Shown here piece by piece: positions 44,365 through 57,344 of a stretch of DNA of 64,000 nucleotides. This stretch comes from Selaginella moellendorffii (Eukaryota > Plantae > Lycopodiophyta). The stretch is from contig NW_003314299.1 of NCBI RefSeq assembly GCF_000143415.4, positions 1,141,581 through 1,205,580 on the forward strand, read 5' to 3'. Each line of letters begins with the position of its first letter. The stretch's first letter is position 1. The notes below the pieces were generated by a model that had not been told where the DNA came from, ran no database searches, and worked only from the letters and a program-made list of their open reading frames with translations. A program made the translations under genes and the position numbers.

Positions 44365-44937
44365 TTATCATTCCCCATACAAGATGTCACAGCTGGCAAG
44401 TCTCTGGGAGCTCCACAAATCCATGAGGTTGTCATTGAGAACCAAGCTGCACTCAGTGAAATTGGCATTCCAGTTGGAGACAATGGCAATCACTCCCAAG
44501 AACATCCTAGATCCAATCTGCGCACAAAAGAAAAAACATTAAAGTTCAGCAATTGAAGTTTTGAGAGCAACATCATGAACTGACATCTGCGGTCTTGTGA
44601 AACTCTGACTTTGGAAGTTGTCAATCAGGTGAATTCCAATGTTATATCCCCTGATAGAGAGAAAGAAACACACAGAAATTCTTATGAATGCTAAGAAGGG
44701 ATGAAATTAAAGAGAAATGCTCAGGGCTTACATCACTTCCTCCATGTCTTTGAAGTCTGTGAGGAGCTGCCGGACCATAGGTGAGAGTGAAAAGTTCTGC
44801 ATTCTTGATTCAGGATGGACAGAATCGAGAAAAACCACAAAGACACAGTGAGCGCTCCACGAATCTCTAGATCCAGGACGGGATTTAGCAGCTCTCCACA
44901 TCCATGACTTCTCATTCGGCATATTCGATGGCATCAT
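44365..44937 (-). pseudogene. BET3: TRAPP subunit BET3/TRAPPC3 unprocessed pseudogene
   Basis: NAELFTLTYG/MVRQLLTDFKDMEEVM/GYNIGIHLIDNF/EFHKTADV/MFLGVIAIVSNW..CSLVLNDNLMD/VELPETCQ; frameshifting deletions, introns retained. Confidence 0.8.
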
Positions 44938-45011
44938 TTGTCATTCGTATTTCGTATTTTGACATATTCCCTGATTCTCTAAAGCCCTAAAAGCTTTCTT
45001 TCTCTCTCGCG

Positions 45012-45808
45012 ATGGAGGAGGAGGCGTCGCGGCACAGCGTGGCGCTGGTGCTGGATTTTGGCTCCCAGTACACGCATCTCATCACACGCCGCATCCGGCA
45101 GCTCGGCGTCTGCTCCTTCTGCCTCTCCGCCGCCGAGGCATCGCTCGACGCCATCGCCAAGCTCGCGCCGTCGCTCATCCTCCTCTCCGGCGGCCCCCAT
45201 TCCGTCTACGAGCCCGGCGCCCCCAGCGTCCCTCCCGGATTCTTCGATTACGTCCGCGATCGCGGCGTCCCAGTGGTGGGCATTTGCTATGGGCTGCAGC
45301 TCATCGTTGCGCAGATGGGCGGCAGTGTCGAGCCGGCCGCCAATCGCGAGTATGGGAGCATGGATGTTGTGCCAGTGGCGGGATCGGTGTTGTATGGCGA
45401 CGACGATTCTACGCAGTCTGTGTGGATGAGCCATGGGGACGAAGTTGTGGAAATGCCGCGCGGATTTGTCGTTGTGGCGAGGAGTGTTCAAGGCAGCATT
45501 GCGGCGATCGAGAATCCAGACTTGGGAATCTATGCATTGCAATATCATCCAGAGGTACTCGTGATTCTTTCCTTGTGCAATGCCTTGCGTGATCTTCTTC
45601 GATCTTCACTGATTGTTTTTTGTTCTTTAGAAAAGTTTTGGTCTAGTGCAATGCTTTGTGTGTTCTACTTTGATGTGGTTGATTTTCTTTGAAAGGGTGT
45701 GTTGTTTGAATTCATTTGAAAGTTTGCATTTCATTTGTTCTCTCTTTCTTGCTCTTGGTTTTTTACAATAACTTTCAAGGATTTTCTTGCTGTGATTGAT
45801 CTTCTTCT

Positions 45809-45851
<43 letters not shown>

Positions 45852-46732
45852 CCCCCNNNNNNNNNNNNNNNNNNNNNNNNNNNNNNNNNNNNNNNNNNNN
45901 NNNNNNNNNNNNNNNNNNNNNNNNNNNNNNNNNNNNNNNNNNNNNNNNNNNNNNNNAAGAAGCCCAAGTACCTGGTGCAAGGGACGCTCTATCCCGACGT
46001 GATCGAGTCGTGTCCTCCTCCTGGAGTCGTGGGACACTCTCACACTATCAAAAGCCACCACAACGTTGGGGGACTTCCACCATCGATGAAACTTTTGCTC
46101 TTGGAACCTTTGAAGTGGCTTTTCAAGGACGAGGTAAGTGTAGTACGTCGAATCAGATCTTTCTTCCATGCGTTGCTTCTTTTCTTCTCCAGGTAAGAAA
46201 GCTAGGAAAACTTCTTGGCATTCCCGAAGGATTTCTGAAAAGGCATCCATTTCCTGGTCCCGGTTTGGCTGTTCGTGTGATCGGTGGCGACGTTACTGAG
46301 GAAAACCTTGAAACTTTGAGATTGGTAAGCACACACCCTGTGCTTTTTGTGTTCTATCACTTCCACTGGTTCTTGTTTGTAGGTGGACGAGGTTTTCACA
46401 GCTTCGATCAAAGAGGCTGGTCTCTACGACGAGATGTGGCAAGCTTTCGCTGGCATTCTCCCCGTCAAGACTGTGGGAGTCCAAGGAGACAAAAGGACTC
46501 ACTCCGGCAGCGTTGTTCTTCGTGCAGTCACCAGCGAAGATGGCATGACTGCCGAGAGGTTTTCTCTTTTAACTTTTCCTTTTTCTTTGCTTACACTGTT
46601 TGTGCTAGGTATTCATTCAAAAGGGAGTTTCTCGACCAGGTGACGAGAGAAATCTGTAATACGGTGGTGGACGTGAACAGGGTCTTTTATGACTTGACTT
46701 CAAAGCCCCCCGCAACGATAGAGTGGGAGTGA
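45012..46732 (+). CDS. GMP synthase (glutamine-hydrolysing); middle part falls in an assembly gap
   Basis: [41 protein letters not shown]; after the gap [50 protein letters not shown]. Confidence 0.92.
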
Positions 46733-48648
46733 ATCGCTCGAATTTGATTTGTTTTACTTTTGCTCACAACTCAAAGGCAACGCACATTATTTTCGTCGTC
46801 TAGATCAGTTCTTAGCAAAGGAGTTCAAGGACTGTATTCATGTAACCTTCCCCAAACCAAAAACCAACCGTTGAAACTTTTTCTTTAGGGTTTTGCGGAG
46901 CAAATGGTGTTCCGTACACAGTATGTATATGGATATCTCCTCAAGCCATTGAACATTCTCGGTATATTCTCGTATACTTTATTTGATCAAGCAAATCATC
47001 AAATGTCATGAAGAAACAATGTGTTGTGTGCAATCCTTGGGTTTTGGTAATAGCCTTCATGCTGCTGAGGCAAAGATCAAATGCCATGCAACTCTCCAAT
47101 AGCTTGCAACAACAAGGACTGAGCAAAAATGTGTTTCATTGCAAGCCCAGATGGATGGTATGGTGGACTACCCTCACAGCTACATGTGAGTAAAACCAAT
47201 TAAAAAAAGCCTGCATTTCAAAAGTATCAAACAGTCATCATGCATAGCATATATACCGTACACAATTTTAAAGTTTAGCGGCCAAAATATTGTTCACATA
47301 AATGGAGAGTGGAAAAATCAAACTTCCCCTTTTAAACAGCTTCTAATTTCTCCAGATATGTAAGGCAATACTTGTTCTTACTTTATTACCTCTCTCTGTG
47401 TAGTACATCAATCATAAAACAAATATTAAATAATGAAACGATAAAAACTCAAAAATACATCATAAATTCATATGAACAATTTAATATTTTGTATTTAATA
47501 ATAATAGAGCTGTTTTCAGTTTTAATATCTTTTAGTACAAAAATCACTGAATTACTTAAATAACTTATTTAAGTATCTCTATTTTTAAAGGAAAAGAAAA
47601 ATGCTTAAGTTTTAAATTTTATAAAATGCATATCTAATTATTAGAGTTGAGATGTTTAAATGTAAAGTAAAAATATTTGCTTAGTCAACTATGATTGTTA
47701 AAATGTTTATTCAATTTCCTTAAAAATATGAAACCATTAAAAATAATAAAAGGAAGTTCTAATTTAAGGAAATTAAAGATTTAATATAAACACCTCCAGT
47801 AAATTTTAATTAAATATGATTTCATTAAATTTAAAACCCAATATAAAAGCTAAAACAATAACAAATCAAACTTTTATTAGTGATTTTAATTTTTCCAATA
47901 CAAATTGGGTAAATATAATAATGCTAAAAGACAGCAAATGTCTAATCCTGAATCAAAATTCATGAGTTGGCTATGCATATTGGTCAAACTCCCGAATGTG
48001 ATCACAATTTAAAGTAATTAATTTAAATTTTGTGAATATAAATTTTATTTATTTATTTATTTTTGGATAATTTTAACAAGTTAACTATCTTATCAAATAA
48101 TTTTTTTTAATGTAATTACAAATTTTAGTACTTAATTTTGAGACCTTTATTAAATAGTTGCTTACAAAAAATATTGAATTTTTCATACTTAATTACAACA
48201 TGGAATTCTACTATCTGGTGTGAGATAATAAATTTTGCATTTAAGATGAGATTTGGTGATTAAATCATTCTCAAGCATTGCATCAAAGGCAAATCTAGAT
48301 TGGGCATGCCTGACAATGATCAAATGTCACAATGCTTGGGTATTCTCCAGTGGGGGACTGTCACTGGCTGAACATAAGAAATCAACAAGTTCAACAAATA
48401 CTCTGGTCGTATCCGCGCAGAAAACATGGGAGCATGTGGAAAAGCGTTTGAGCAATCAGTGGTTACTATGAAATTTTGAACCGCAGGCAATTGCTCATCA
48501 AGACTGACTCTCAACTCTCCTAGTCTGGTTGTGGTAACTTCTTGTTTTGCTTGTGTCAAATTTAGAACACAGATCGCAGTGTGAATCCTCAAACCCAACA
48601 CCTCTGACTCAATAGCAATTCCAGAGTCCATTCTGGAATCTCACATGA

Positions 48649-48816
48649 ATCCTTTGAGTCATATCTAAACCTTTGAACACAATGAACGAGCTCAGCAGTG
48701 TTGTGTACATGGTGTGAAAATGTGAACCATATGCACGTTTTCACACTACTCACATCGTGTACACAACACTAATGAGCTTGTTCAATGTGTTCAAATGTTT
48801 AGATATGAAAAGGATG
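48649..48816. repeat. Long imperfect hairpin (~59-bp arms): candidate pre-miRNA/hairpin siRNA locus or MITE
   Basis: 48659-48717 is the reverse complement of about 48750-48808 with about 7 mismatches; an alternative inner stem is gtgtgaaaatgtg/cacgttttcacac. Confidence 0.8.
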
Positions 48817-48912
48817 CCGCAAAGGATACAGAACCATCACCATGTCGCCATGTATCCATAAAACACGAGAATGTTGCACCGCTGCCACACCTGCCGCCGG
48901 TGGTAAATACGG

Positions 48913-49523
48913 AAAACAATCGGCAATTAAAAACATTGACTGGAAGTGGTCACATCACATCCGATTGCTTCTTATCCGATTCTGCATGGTCGACTGGGGT
49001 AGGTAAAATTAGCCGAGGGAAGTGATGCTCGCTGGGCCTGGAAGCCCGAGCTGGAAGTGGCTGGCTCGGAACCATTAGAGATGTCGAAATCCCGGAGGCT
49101 TGACGTCAACAAAGAGCTTGGAGTTGCCCCTAGAGCTGGTTGCGAGAGGCGTAGAAGATCTCCAGTTGTGTACAAGTTAGACAATGGAGATCTGGAACCC
49201 TGTAATTGCTTGAAGTGGTCAGGCACATAACTCTTCAAGCCTAGCTTTCTTCAAATACCCAATTTGAATTGCTATGGTGGATGGGTGTATTTCCCATCGG
49301 TGAACACATAGCATGGGGATGGGTCCTTATGGCCAGAGAAAATTTTACCAGCGCCGTTCGCGCATTGAAATCTCACGCGGGATCACCAATGGTTGAATGC
49401 ACGTGGCTTTATTACGGGCTGGCAGTGGACTTGATTTACAAATAGTACGCCATAGCTTAAGTCGACCATGAAGAATCAAATCGGATGTACTTCCGGTCAA
49501 TGTTTTTAATCGCCGATTGTTTT
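48913..49523. mobile_element. ~610-bp element bounded by ~50-bp inverted repeats (MITE/non-autonomous DNA transposon-like)
   Basis: aaaacaatcggcaattaaaaacattgactggaagt...acatccgatt (48913-48966) versus its reverse complement at 49479-49523; no clear TSD. Confidence 0.55.
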
Positions 49524-49867
49524 ACTGGAGAGTTTTGACATGATTTCTCATTTCCCACCCACTTGCACTAATTCAAGGATGTGTTGAGCTAGCACAAACG
49601 ATGCAGGATTCTTAGCAACTCACATTAGAGCTAAGCAGGTGATGGCGCGTTAGGGTGGTGTGGAGAAGCTTCTTCTTTTTCACTGTCCATCTAAAATAAA
49701 TTGGAAGCCTTCCTCTTCTTCCCTCTCAGCGTCTTTCTACTCTTGGTGTTCTCACTTCTTAGCGTCTTTCTCTCATGCGGCAAAGCAGCTATAGGAAATC
49801 TCTTGTAGAGGAGGGTTTTCAACTGTGACTCAATTTACAGTTCCTCGCGATCGTCTCATTTTCAATC

Positions 49868-52800
49868 ATGGACAGCTTTTGTCTTCGGTAGAACCAGCAG
49901 TCGTGTTCCAGTTGAATACAAAGGATTTTTTCTCTTCCTCTTCCCAGTATCTTGCTAATGCCTCGGGTCCTGCGACTCGCTGGAAGCCTGCTCGGTAACA
50001 ACACCCCCTCCGATCAAATCGTCTATAAAGGTATTGTGGTTGTTCAGAAGCCCAGTTCACTGAGTGTCACCGATGTTGGAGCTTCCATGGTGGCTAATGC
50101 TGCAAATTTTCTTGGAATGGGTATTACTCTACAGCTCATCAGCAGCACTGCAATTGACTCGAGTCAGTACACGATCTGCTCAATAAAAATATGGCAAGAA
50201 CTCACCGTGTTTTTCGTTCCCCAGGTACGAACACGGGGAAGCTCAGCAAGCCAGCGGCCTTGGAGAAGTGGCTGCTCTCTCCTGCTGTCTTGTTTGGAAC
50301 GGATGAAGTTAAATATTCCGTCAAATTCACGGTGGATGCCGACTTTGGCTTGCCTGGCGCATTCAGCATAAATAATGGCCATCTGAACGAGTTCTTCCTC
50401 GTCTCCCTCACGGTTGAGCTACCAGGCGGTGGTAAACACGTTGAATTCCCTTGCCATTCCTGGGTGTTCAACTCCAGAGCATACAAGACCCAACGCATCT
50501 TCTTTAGCAACGAGGTAACATCTACAATACTAATGCTCACTGGCTTCTTTGCTTTTAGTTTTATCTTCCAGCAGACACACCGAAAGGCCTAATCACTGCC
50601 CGATACAACGACCTGATAGCTTTGCGAGGTGATGGAAGCGGTACTAGAAAAGCCTGTGACCGCATTTACGACTACGACGTCTACAATGACCTGGGCAATC
50701 CCCTCCTGAATGCTGCAAAGAGACCTGTGATGGGAGGATCAAAAGAATATCCTTATCCACGAAGATGCAGGACTGGCAGAACCATTTTCATTGGAGGTAT
50801 ATGGTAACTCATCACCTCTCTGCATTTGAATAGCAACAGTCATATGGTATAAACAGTTGTTGTTGCTTGATTTCTCACGTAAAAACATAGTCATGCTGAA
50901 TGCATAGCATATAACCAAGAGTATGAAAAAAATCTCTCATTTTGATTTGATTTGTTTATTTTTTCAGCTGAAACGTCTGGCCTAAATTTACTGGCTGACT
51001 ACTATATACCAAGTGATGAGAGGTTCAGCTCAGTCAAGGCGACTTCTTTCTTGGCCGATGGTCTCAAATCACTAACTCATGGGGTGCTTCCAATTCTAAA
51101 AACTGTGACTGGTTTTAAGCAGACCTTCCGCTCCTTTAAGGAGGTAAAAGGTTTGTACGACCAGGGATTAGATCTGTCAAAAATAGTCACTGCTCCAATC
51201 AATGGCATCAAAACCCCATTTCAGCTCTTCAACCAGCTTAATGCCGACACTGGAAACACAAGCTTCATGAAGTTTCCGGTTCCACAAGTTTTCAAAGGTA
51301 TCTGGTTACTCTCTTGACTCTCAAAATGTAAGACATGAAAATGCAGCTGATGAAAAAGGGTGGATGTTGGACTCTGAATTTGCTAGGGAAATGCTTAGTG
51401 GATTGAATCCCATGGTCATAGAAGCTCTGACAGTAAGTTATAAATTTTATGTAGGACTTACCTCTTGATGAAATTAACTTCCTCCGTCCAAGGAATTCCC
51501 ACCAACGAGCACACTGGACTCTGCTAAATACGGACCACAGAAGTCAGCTATTACCGAAAAACATATAGTGAATTTCCTAGAGGGACTGACTGTTCAAAAG
51601 GTACGCAACTCCATAACCTGTAAAACTAATCTTTAAATGTCATGCAGGCATTGGATAAAAAAAAGCTGTTCATCGTCAACTATTACGACTCTTATATGCC
51701 ATACCTCGACAAAATCAACTCACGGCAAAAAATCTATGCTTATGCTTCCAGAACACTGCTATACTTGAAATCCGACGGAACTCTCCAGCCAGTAGCCATT
51801 GAGCTAAGCACACCATACTCCCAAAGGGTGTTTGTTCCACCAGCAGCTGGACAGATCGACTGGCTCTGGGAGCTTGCGAAAGCACATGCTGCAGCGAACG
51901 ACGCAGGATATCATCAGCTTGTAAGCCACTGGTAAGAAAAGTCTCACATACCTCCAATTGAGATGCTCACTGGCTTGCTGTACAGGTTGAGAACTCACGC
52001 ATGTGTGGAACCATTCATCATTGCGACCAACCGGCAGCTGAGTAAACTCCATCCCCTGAACACATTCCTGCAACCACATTTCAAGAACACAATGGCGATT
52101 AACGCCAAAGCCCGTAAGTCACTCATCAGTGCGAAAGGCATCATTGAGAGAACATTCTCATTGAGACGCTACTCAGTCGAAATGAGTTCCTTGGCGTACA
52201 AAGGCTGGAGATTTGACCAAGAAGGCTTACCAGCAGACCTCCTTAAAAGGTAAGAAATAGTTAAATGGGACACAGATGACAAAGCCCTTGCTGTTCCAGG
52301 GGCATGGCTGTGCCTGATGCAACCTCTAAAGGTGGAGTCAAGCTAATCGTTGAGGACTATCCATATGCAGTCGACGGACTGGAAATCTGGACGGCGATTG
52401 AGAAGTGGGTCACAGACTACCTCGAAATTTACTACAAGAACGATGCATCAGTGACGAGCGATCCAGAACTTCAAGCATGGTGGAGCGAGCTCATCAACAA
52501 GGGACATGCTGATAAGAAGGATGAGAAATGGTGGATCAAACTGGACAGCAAGAAGAGTCTGACATCAGTACTCACCACACTGATCTGGATCGCATCTGCT
52601 CACCATGCAGCAGTCAACTTTGGGCAATACGCATATGCCGGCTACATGCCCAACCGTCCCACAACGACACACCGACCCATCCCAGAGAAAGATTCTGACG
52701 AACACAAGAAGCTGCTCGCGGATCCCGAAAGGTTCTTCCTGTCATGCGTATCGAGCAAGATGGAAGCGATCTTATGCTTGCTCACAGTCGAGATTCTATC

Positions 52801-53053
52801 CAGCCACTCAGCGGAAGAAGAGTATCTCGGGCAGCGTGCCGTGGAGAACTGGACCGCGAACGCCAATGTGAAGGCCGCATTTGTGGCATTCGGCGAAGAG
52901 CTGAGGAAGGTGGAGCGATCAATCATCAACAGGAACAATGATCCAGCACTGAAGAACAGAGTGGGAGCTGTGAACGTGCCCTACACGCTCCTGTATCCTT
53001 CCTCTGCGAACGGAATTACAGGCAAGGGAATACCCAACAGCATCTCCATTTGA
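49868..53053 (+). CDS. Lipoxygenase (PLAT plus catalytic domain); start at 49868 via a small exon, or at 49958
   Basis: [88 protein letters not shown]-terminal PNSISI; iron ligands intact. Confidence 0.95.
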
Positions 53054-53294
53054 AGAACCGTATACCCTTCCTTTAATTTCCTGAGCAGTTCCTTTCATCT
53101 TCATGCTCTAAGGTACCTCACATGGATATTACAACAGGTACAACAAGAGTAAGTTTTTCTTTTCTTTTGATTCTAGTAAAATATCCAAGTATGTTGGTTG
53201 TGATTTTAGGGTTTAATGGCAAGTCAGAAACCTTCCACGTTTACTCACCTCTGATCTAGCTGCGAGAAAATGCCATCCACATTGAAAACACATA

Positions 53295-53362
53295 TGTTAG
53301 AAAACTCTAGATATAGAGGTGCATTGAAGCATATGCAAGATTTAACAACAATCCCCCATAGC
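53295..53362 (-). mobile_element. Possible copia-type PPT/LTR junction relic
   Basis: Minus strand reads GGGGGATTGTTGTTAAA, then about 55 bp ending ...TAACA; no coding domains recognised nearby. Confidence 0.3.
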
Positions 53363-54077
53363 ACTGTCTTCCACAACTTTGTAGGCAGGCTTGTTAACAG
53401 GTTGTGGCTCACCCGTTAACTTGATCCAACTGTTGACAACCATCGGATTAAGTCAGGTTCTCTGTGAGAACATGGTTGACAACTGCGAAGTTCTGGAGAA
53501 CTAGGCTACCAACTGCCAATTCTTGAGAACCTCTCACCCTTGAATAACATTCTTCCATGTGTCCATTAACAGTCTTGCCATAACCTATTAAAGCTGTTCA
53601 CAGGCACGGGCTCGCTCATTCCTTCCAAAAGGCACTCGCCAGGCTAATGTCTGGCTTGCCCATTCTGGGCGGGAACGTGCTTGCCCTACCCAGGAATTCC
53701 TTCATCATGGACAACCATTATGGCTTCAATATCACTGTTAGAAATGGCCAGCCACCTAGGACCAAAAATCTCCACTTCCACACCCTTCATGACCACTATA
53801 CTCAACATGACTAATCTGATTCATCAAGAGCTTGAATATAGCAATTGCATCAATTTAATTTGAATGTTGTAATAATGAGATTAGAATTTTTTTTAGCATT
53901 AATCTAAACAGTAAAGTTATAGTGGAAACTTGACAGCATGACTTTAGGTTTTGCTTCTATAATGGTTATTAACAATTACATTTAGTTCCATGGGAACTTT
54001 AAATTCTTGTGGTAATGTATAATTGCATGTAAAAGCTCCAGATGTTTATTCATTTTCTGGAGGGTGTATAGTTTGTA

Positions 54078-54394
<317 letters not shown>

Positions 54395-54584
54395 TATGGC
54401 ATCCAGCGTCTTTTATTCCATTTTTAGAATATTATTTCTGAATATACCTATAATCTAACAGTTCATATTCAAAAACTTCAAATAGATGGCATAGATCAAG
54501 TGCCAAAGGGGTGGCAACTCTTCAATTTTTTAATGACGATCCAAATCAAGAGAAAAAATTTAGGGCGATTGGGCAGATTGTGAG

Positions 54585-54633
<49 letters not shown>

Positions 54634-54658
54634 TCTCTCTCTCTCTCTCTCTCTCTCT
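54585..54658. repeat. Compound (CT)n(CA)n(CT)n microsatellite
   Basis: Seen directly; it abuts the start of the gene-fragment mosaic. Confidence 0.95.
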
Positions 54659-54685
54659 GTGTCTGTGTGCTGAAATTTTCTATTT

Positions 54686-55251
54686 GCTGCGTTTGATCGG
54701 ACTGGCTGGGGACTGACGAGCTGGCCGTGCAAAAAAAGTGGCCGTGACAAAGATGGTCTTCCCAATCCTTACGAGCACCAGTCCCAAGTGAGTGTTCTAT
54801 TCATTGTCGTTTAGAAAGAAAAAAAAGAATTTTTTTCCTGTTGTTCTTGCTTATTTGATTTCTCTGATTAGAGCTCGCAGGTGGATTTGCTGCTGAGCTT
54901 TTGCCAGCAACTAAAATTCTCATCGGTCGTGCTCGTTGGTCATGACGACAGTGGATTGCTTGCTCTTATGGCAGCTGCCAATATCTTGACAACTCTAAGC
55001 TCAACGCAGGTAAGCTCCAAGCGACTATAGTTGGATCATCTCATGGATTTTCATTTCTGTGGTGAAGGTGGTGATCAAAGGTGTGGTTTAGATCGTGGTG
55101 AGCTCCTCCAGGTATTGCCATTTGCTTGAGTTTTGGTCCACACTTCTTTGGGACGGCACATACTCCGGCCATTGCTGTGCCCGGAGATGGCGAGTGGCCA
55201 TGCCTGGCATGATGCTTCAAAGCTCACCTCAAAAGTGATGGAACTTTACAA
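54686..55251 (+). pseudogene. Alpha/beta-hydrolase fragment (At1g80280/At1g15490-like family)
   Basis: AAFDRTGWGLTSWP..GLPNPYEHQSQ/VDLLLSFCQQLKFSSVVLVGHDDSGLLALMAA/VVIKGVV*...AWHDASKLTSKVMELYK; introns kept, no N- or C-terminus. Confidence 0.8.
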
Positions 55252-55341
55252 GGTATGAGGAAAAAATCAAACTTGATCAAAAGAAATCCATGATTTTCCA
55301 TGTATACATAGGTACCTTTTCTATCTTGTTGTGATGTCTAG

Positions 55342-56157
55342 GCCATTTTCTTCTCACAAACTTGCTACTTGACAAAATGAAGGAGACCGCTAAGGAAAGT
55401 GTTTGTCAATCTCTCCTCCGTTGTGCATATCGCCTGGAATCCAGTTCTCACACCTTAATGACAAAACCCTGGTACGCCAAAGAACTCTCTTTTGTCGTGA
55501 GCTTACATTATTCCTTTTTTCTTCCAAAAGGTTCAATCTCTCCTCTGTTGCGCATATTGCCTCTTACAGCAGTGGAATCCAGTTCTCACACCTTAATGAC
55601 AAAACCTGGTACACCAAACAACTCTCTTTTGTCGCGAGCTTACATTATTCCTTTTTTCTTCCAAAAGGTTCAATCTCTCCTCCGTCGCGCATATCGCCTC
55701 TTACAGCGGTGGAATCCAGTTCTCACACCTTAATGACAAAACCTGGTACGCCAAACAACTCTCTTTTGTCGTGAGCTTACATTATTCCTTTTTTCTTCCA
55801 AAAGGTACTCATACAGTCAATCCAAGCTCGCGAACTTTTTCCACACCAAAGAACTGGCAATAAGATTCAAGGTATTCGTCTAATGCTTTGAAATCTCTCC
55901 CACCTTTCTCTTTTGCCAATGCTTTCTCTTTCGCTGATTAGGCCGAAGGAGTTGACATCACAGCCAACGCTGTTCATCCAGGGTTTATAATGACACCTTT
56001 GATGGCAATGAGATTCAAGGTATTCGTCTAATGCTTTGAAATCTCTCCCACCTTTCTCTTTCATCAATGCTTTCTCTTTCACTGATTAGACCGAAGGAGT
56101 TGACATCACAGCCAATGCTGTTCATCTAGGGTTTATAATGACACCTTTGATGCGGTA
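55342..56157 (+). pseudogene. Short-chain dehydrogenase (TIC32-like) fragment with tandem exon duplications
   Basis: GHFLLTNLLLDKMKETAKES, NLSSVAHI, GIQFSHLND, YSQSKLANFFHTKELA (YxxxK), DITANAVHPGFIMTPL. Confidence 0.85.
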
Positions 56158-57344
56158 CAAGAACATAAATATGATAAAAGGTGGGCTTAATTTAGCAACT
56201 TATGAGAACTATCTAAGTTCGTTGCTTTGTTGTTCTAGGTAGAGATGGCTACGGCTAAGCGGACGATCAGGAGGACTCCACCACAGTACCTTTTTTTTAT
56301 TAAACAAATCACAAATGTTCGGGTTCACTCAATTTAAGCAGCTGGAGGTGAAAACCACAAGCTCTCAACACTGCCATTAGTTACTTGTTGACCTGAATGT
56401 AGACCTGAAGCCCCGCCTGGGACAAGCTCTGTAATGAGTGGAAAGTAAGCTCAATACGTTAAGCAGCAGCTCTCATATACCAGCCAGCTGTAGCACACAT
56501 GCAGCCAATAGCAAGCACGCCAAACAACTCCACGAAAATGATCTCTTTGATCCAATCAGGTGACCACCAACAAGGGAAAGAGAAACTGCAAAACAAAGAA
56601 AAGGAGATAGGCAATAAAAACACACAGCAGACAGACACACCTTCATTCAGGTACTATACTTTCCCTTTCCCTTTTTCACTATGCTGTTGCAAAATTGAGA
56701 TAACAAGAGCTCAGCTCAATCACTAAGAGCTTAGCTGATGGATGAAAGCTGACTCACCCTTGTTTTACCTGACAGGTACACTATAGTGCCGTTTTTGTTT
56801 TGTTGTGTGGATCAACTGCTAAGGCGTTCTTAAGGGGGCAGAGGATGATTATTCAGTGAGCGTGAGACAGATGAGCAAGAAAAACACAAGCGCCTTCACA
56901 AGCATTGGATCCAAGAGCAGACACACCAAAAAAAAGTATTCTCTGGCATTTACATTATCTGGAGATGAGGTCAGACACACACCTACAGCTTACCTCCTGC
57001 ATTTGCAAAAGCCCCATTGGAAATGGCGACAAGAAATGTGTCAAATAGCACAAGAAAACTATACAGCTTACTTCCAAAACACTCATTCATTCATATGTAG
57101 GCCTTTGATTTTCAGGTAAATCGGAAATAGATGTTTTGAAAAATGAGAGATGAAAACAAGAATAGAAAGAAAGAAAGAAAGAGAAAAACAAACCAAGTTT
57201 TGAAAAGCCGTGTCTTTAAAGCTTCCACTCCTTTTAAAGAAATACACACCCAAATATATCAAAACATTCTCCCAATTTTACAAAACACTTCAAAAACTTA
57301 ACTGCCACCTTTTGCAAGCATTATATATGAAAAATGATCCTTGT

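Noticed and set aside
48320-48631. 103-aa minus-strand ORF
   Set aside because: No recognisable family or splice support.
55225-55252. HLKSDGTLQ resembling [12 protein letters not shown]
   Set aside because: The alternative frame (AWHDASKLTSKVMELYK) fits the hydrolase and its splice site; coincidence.
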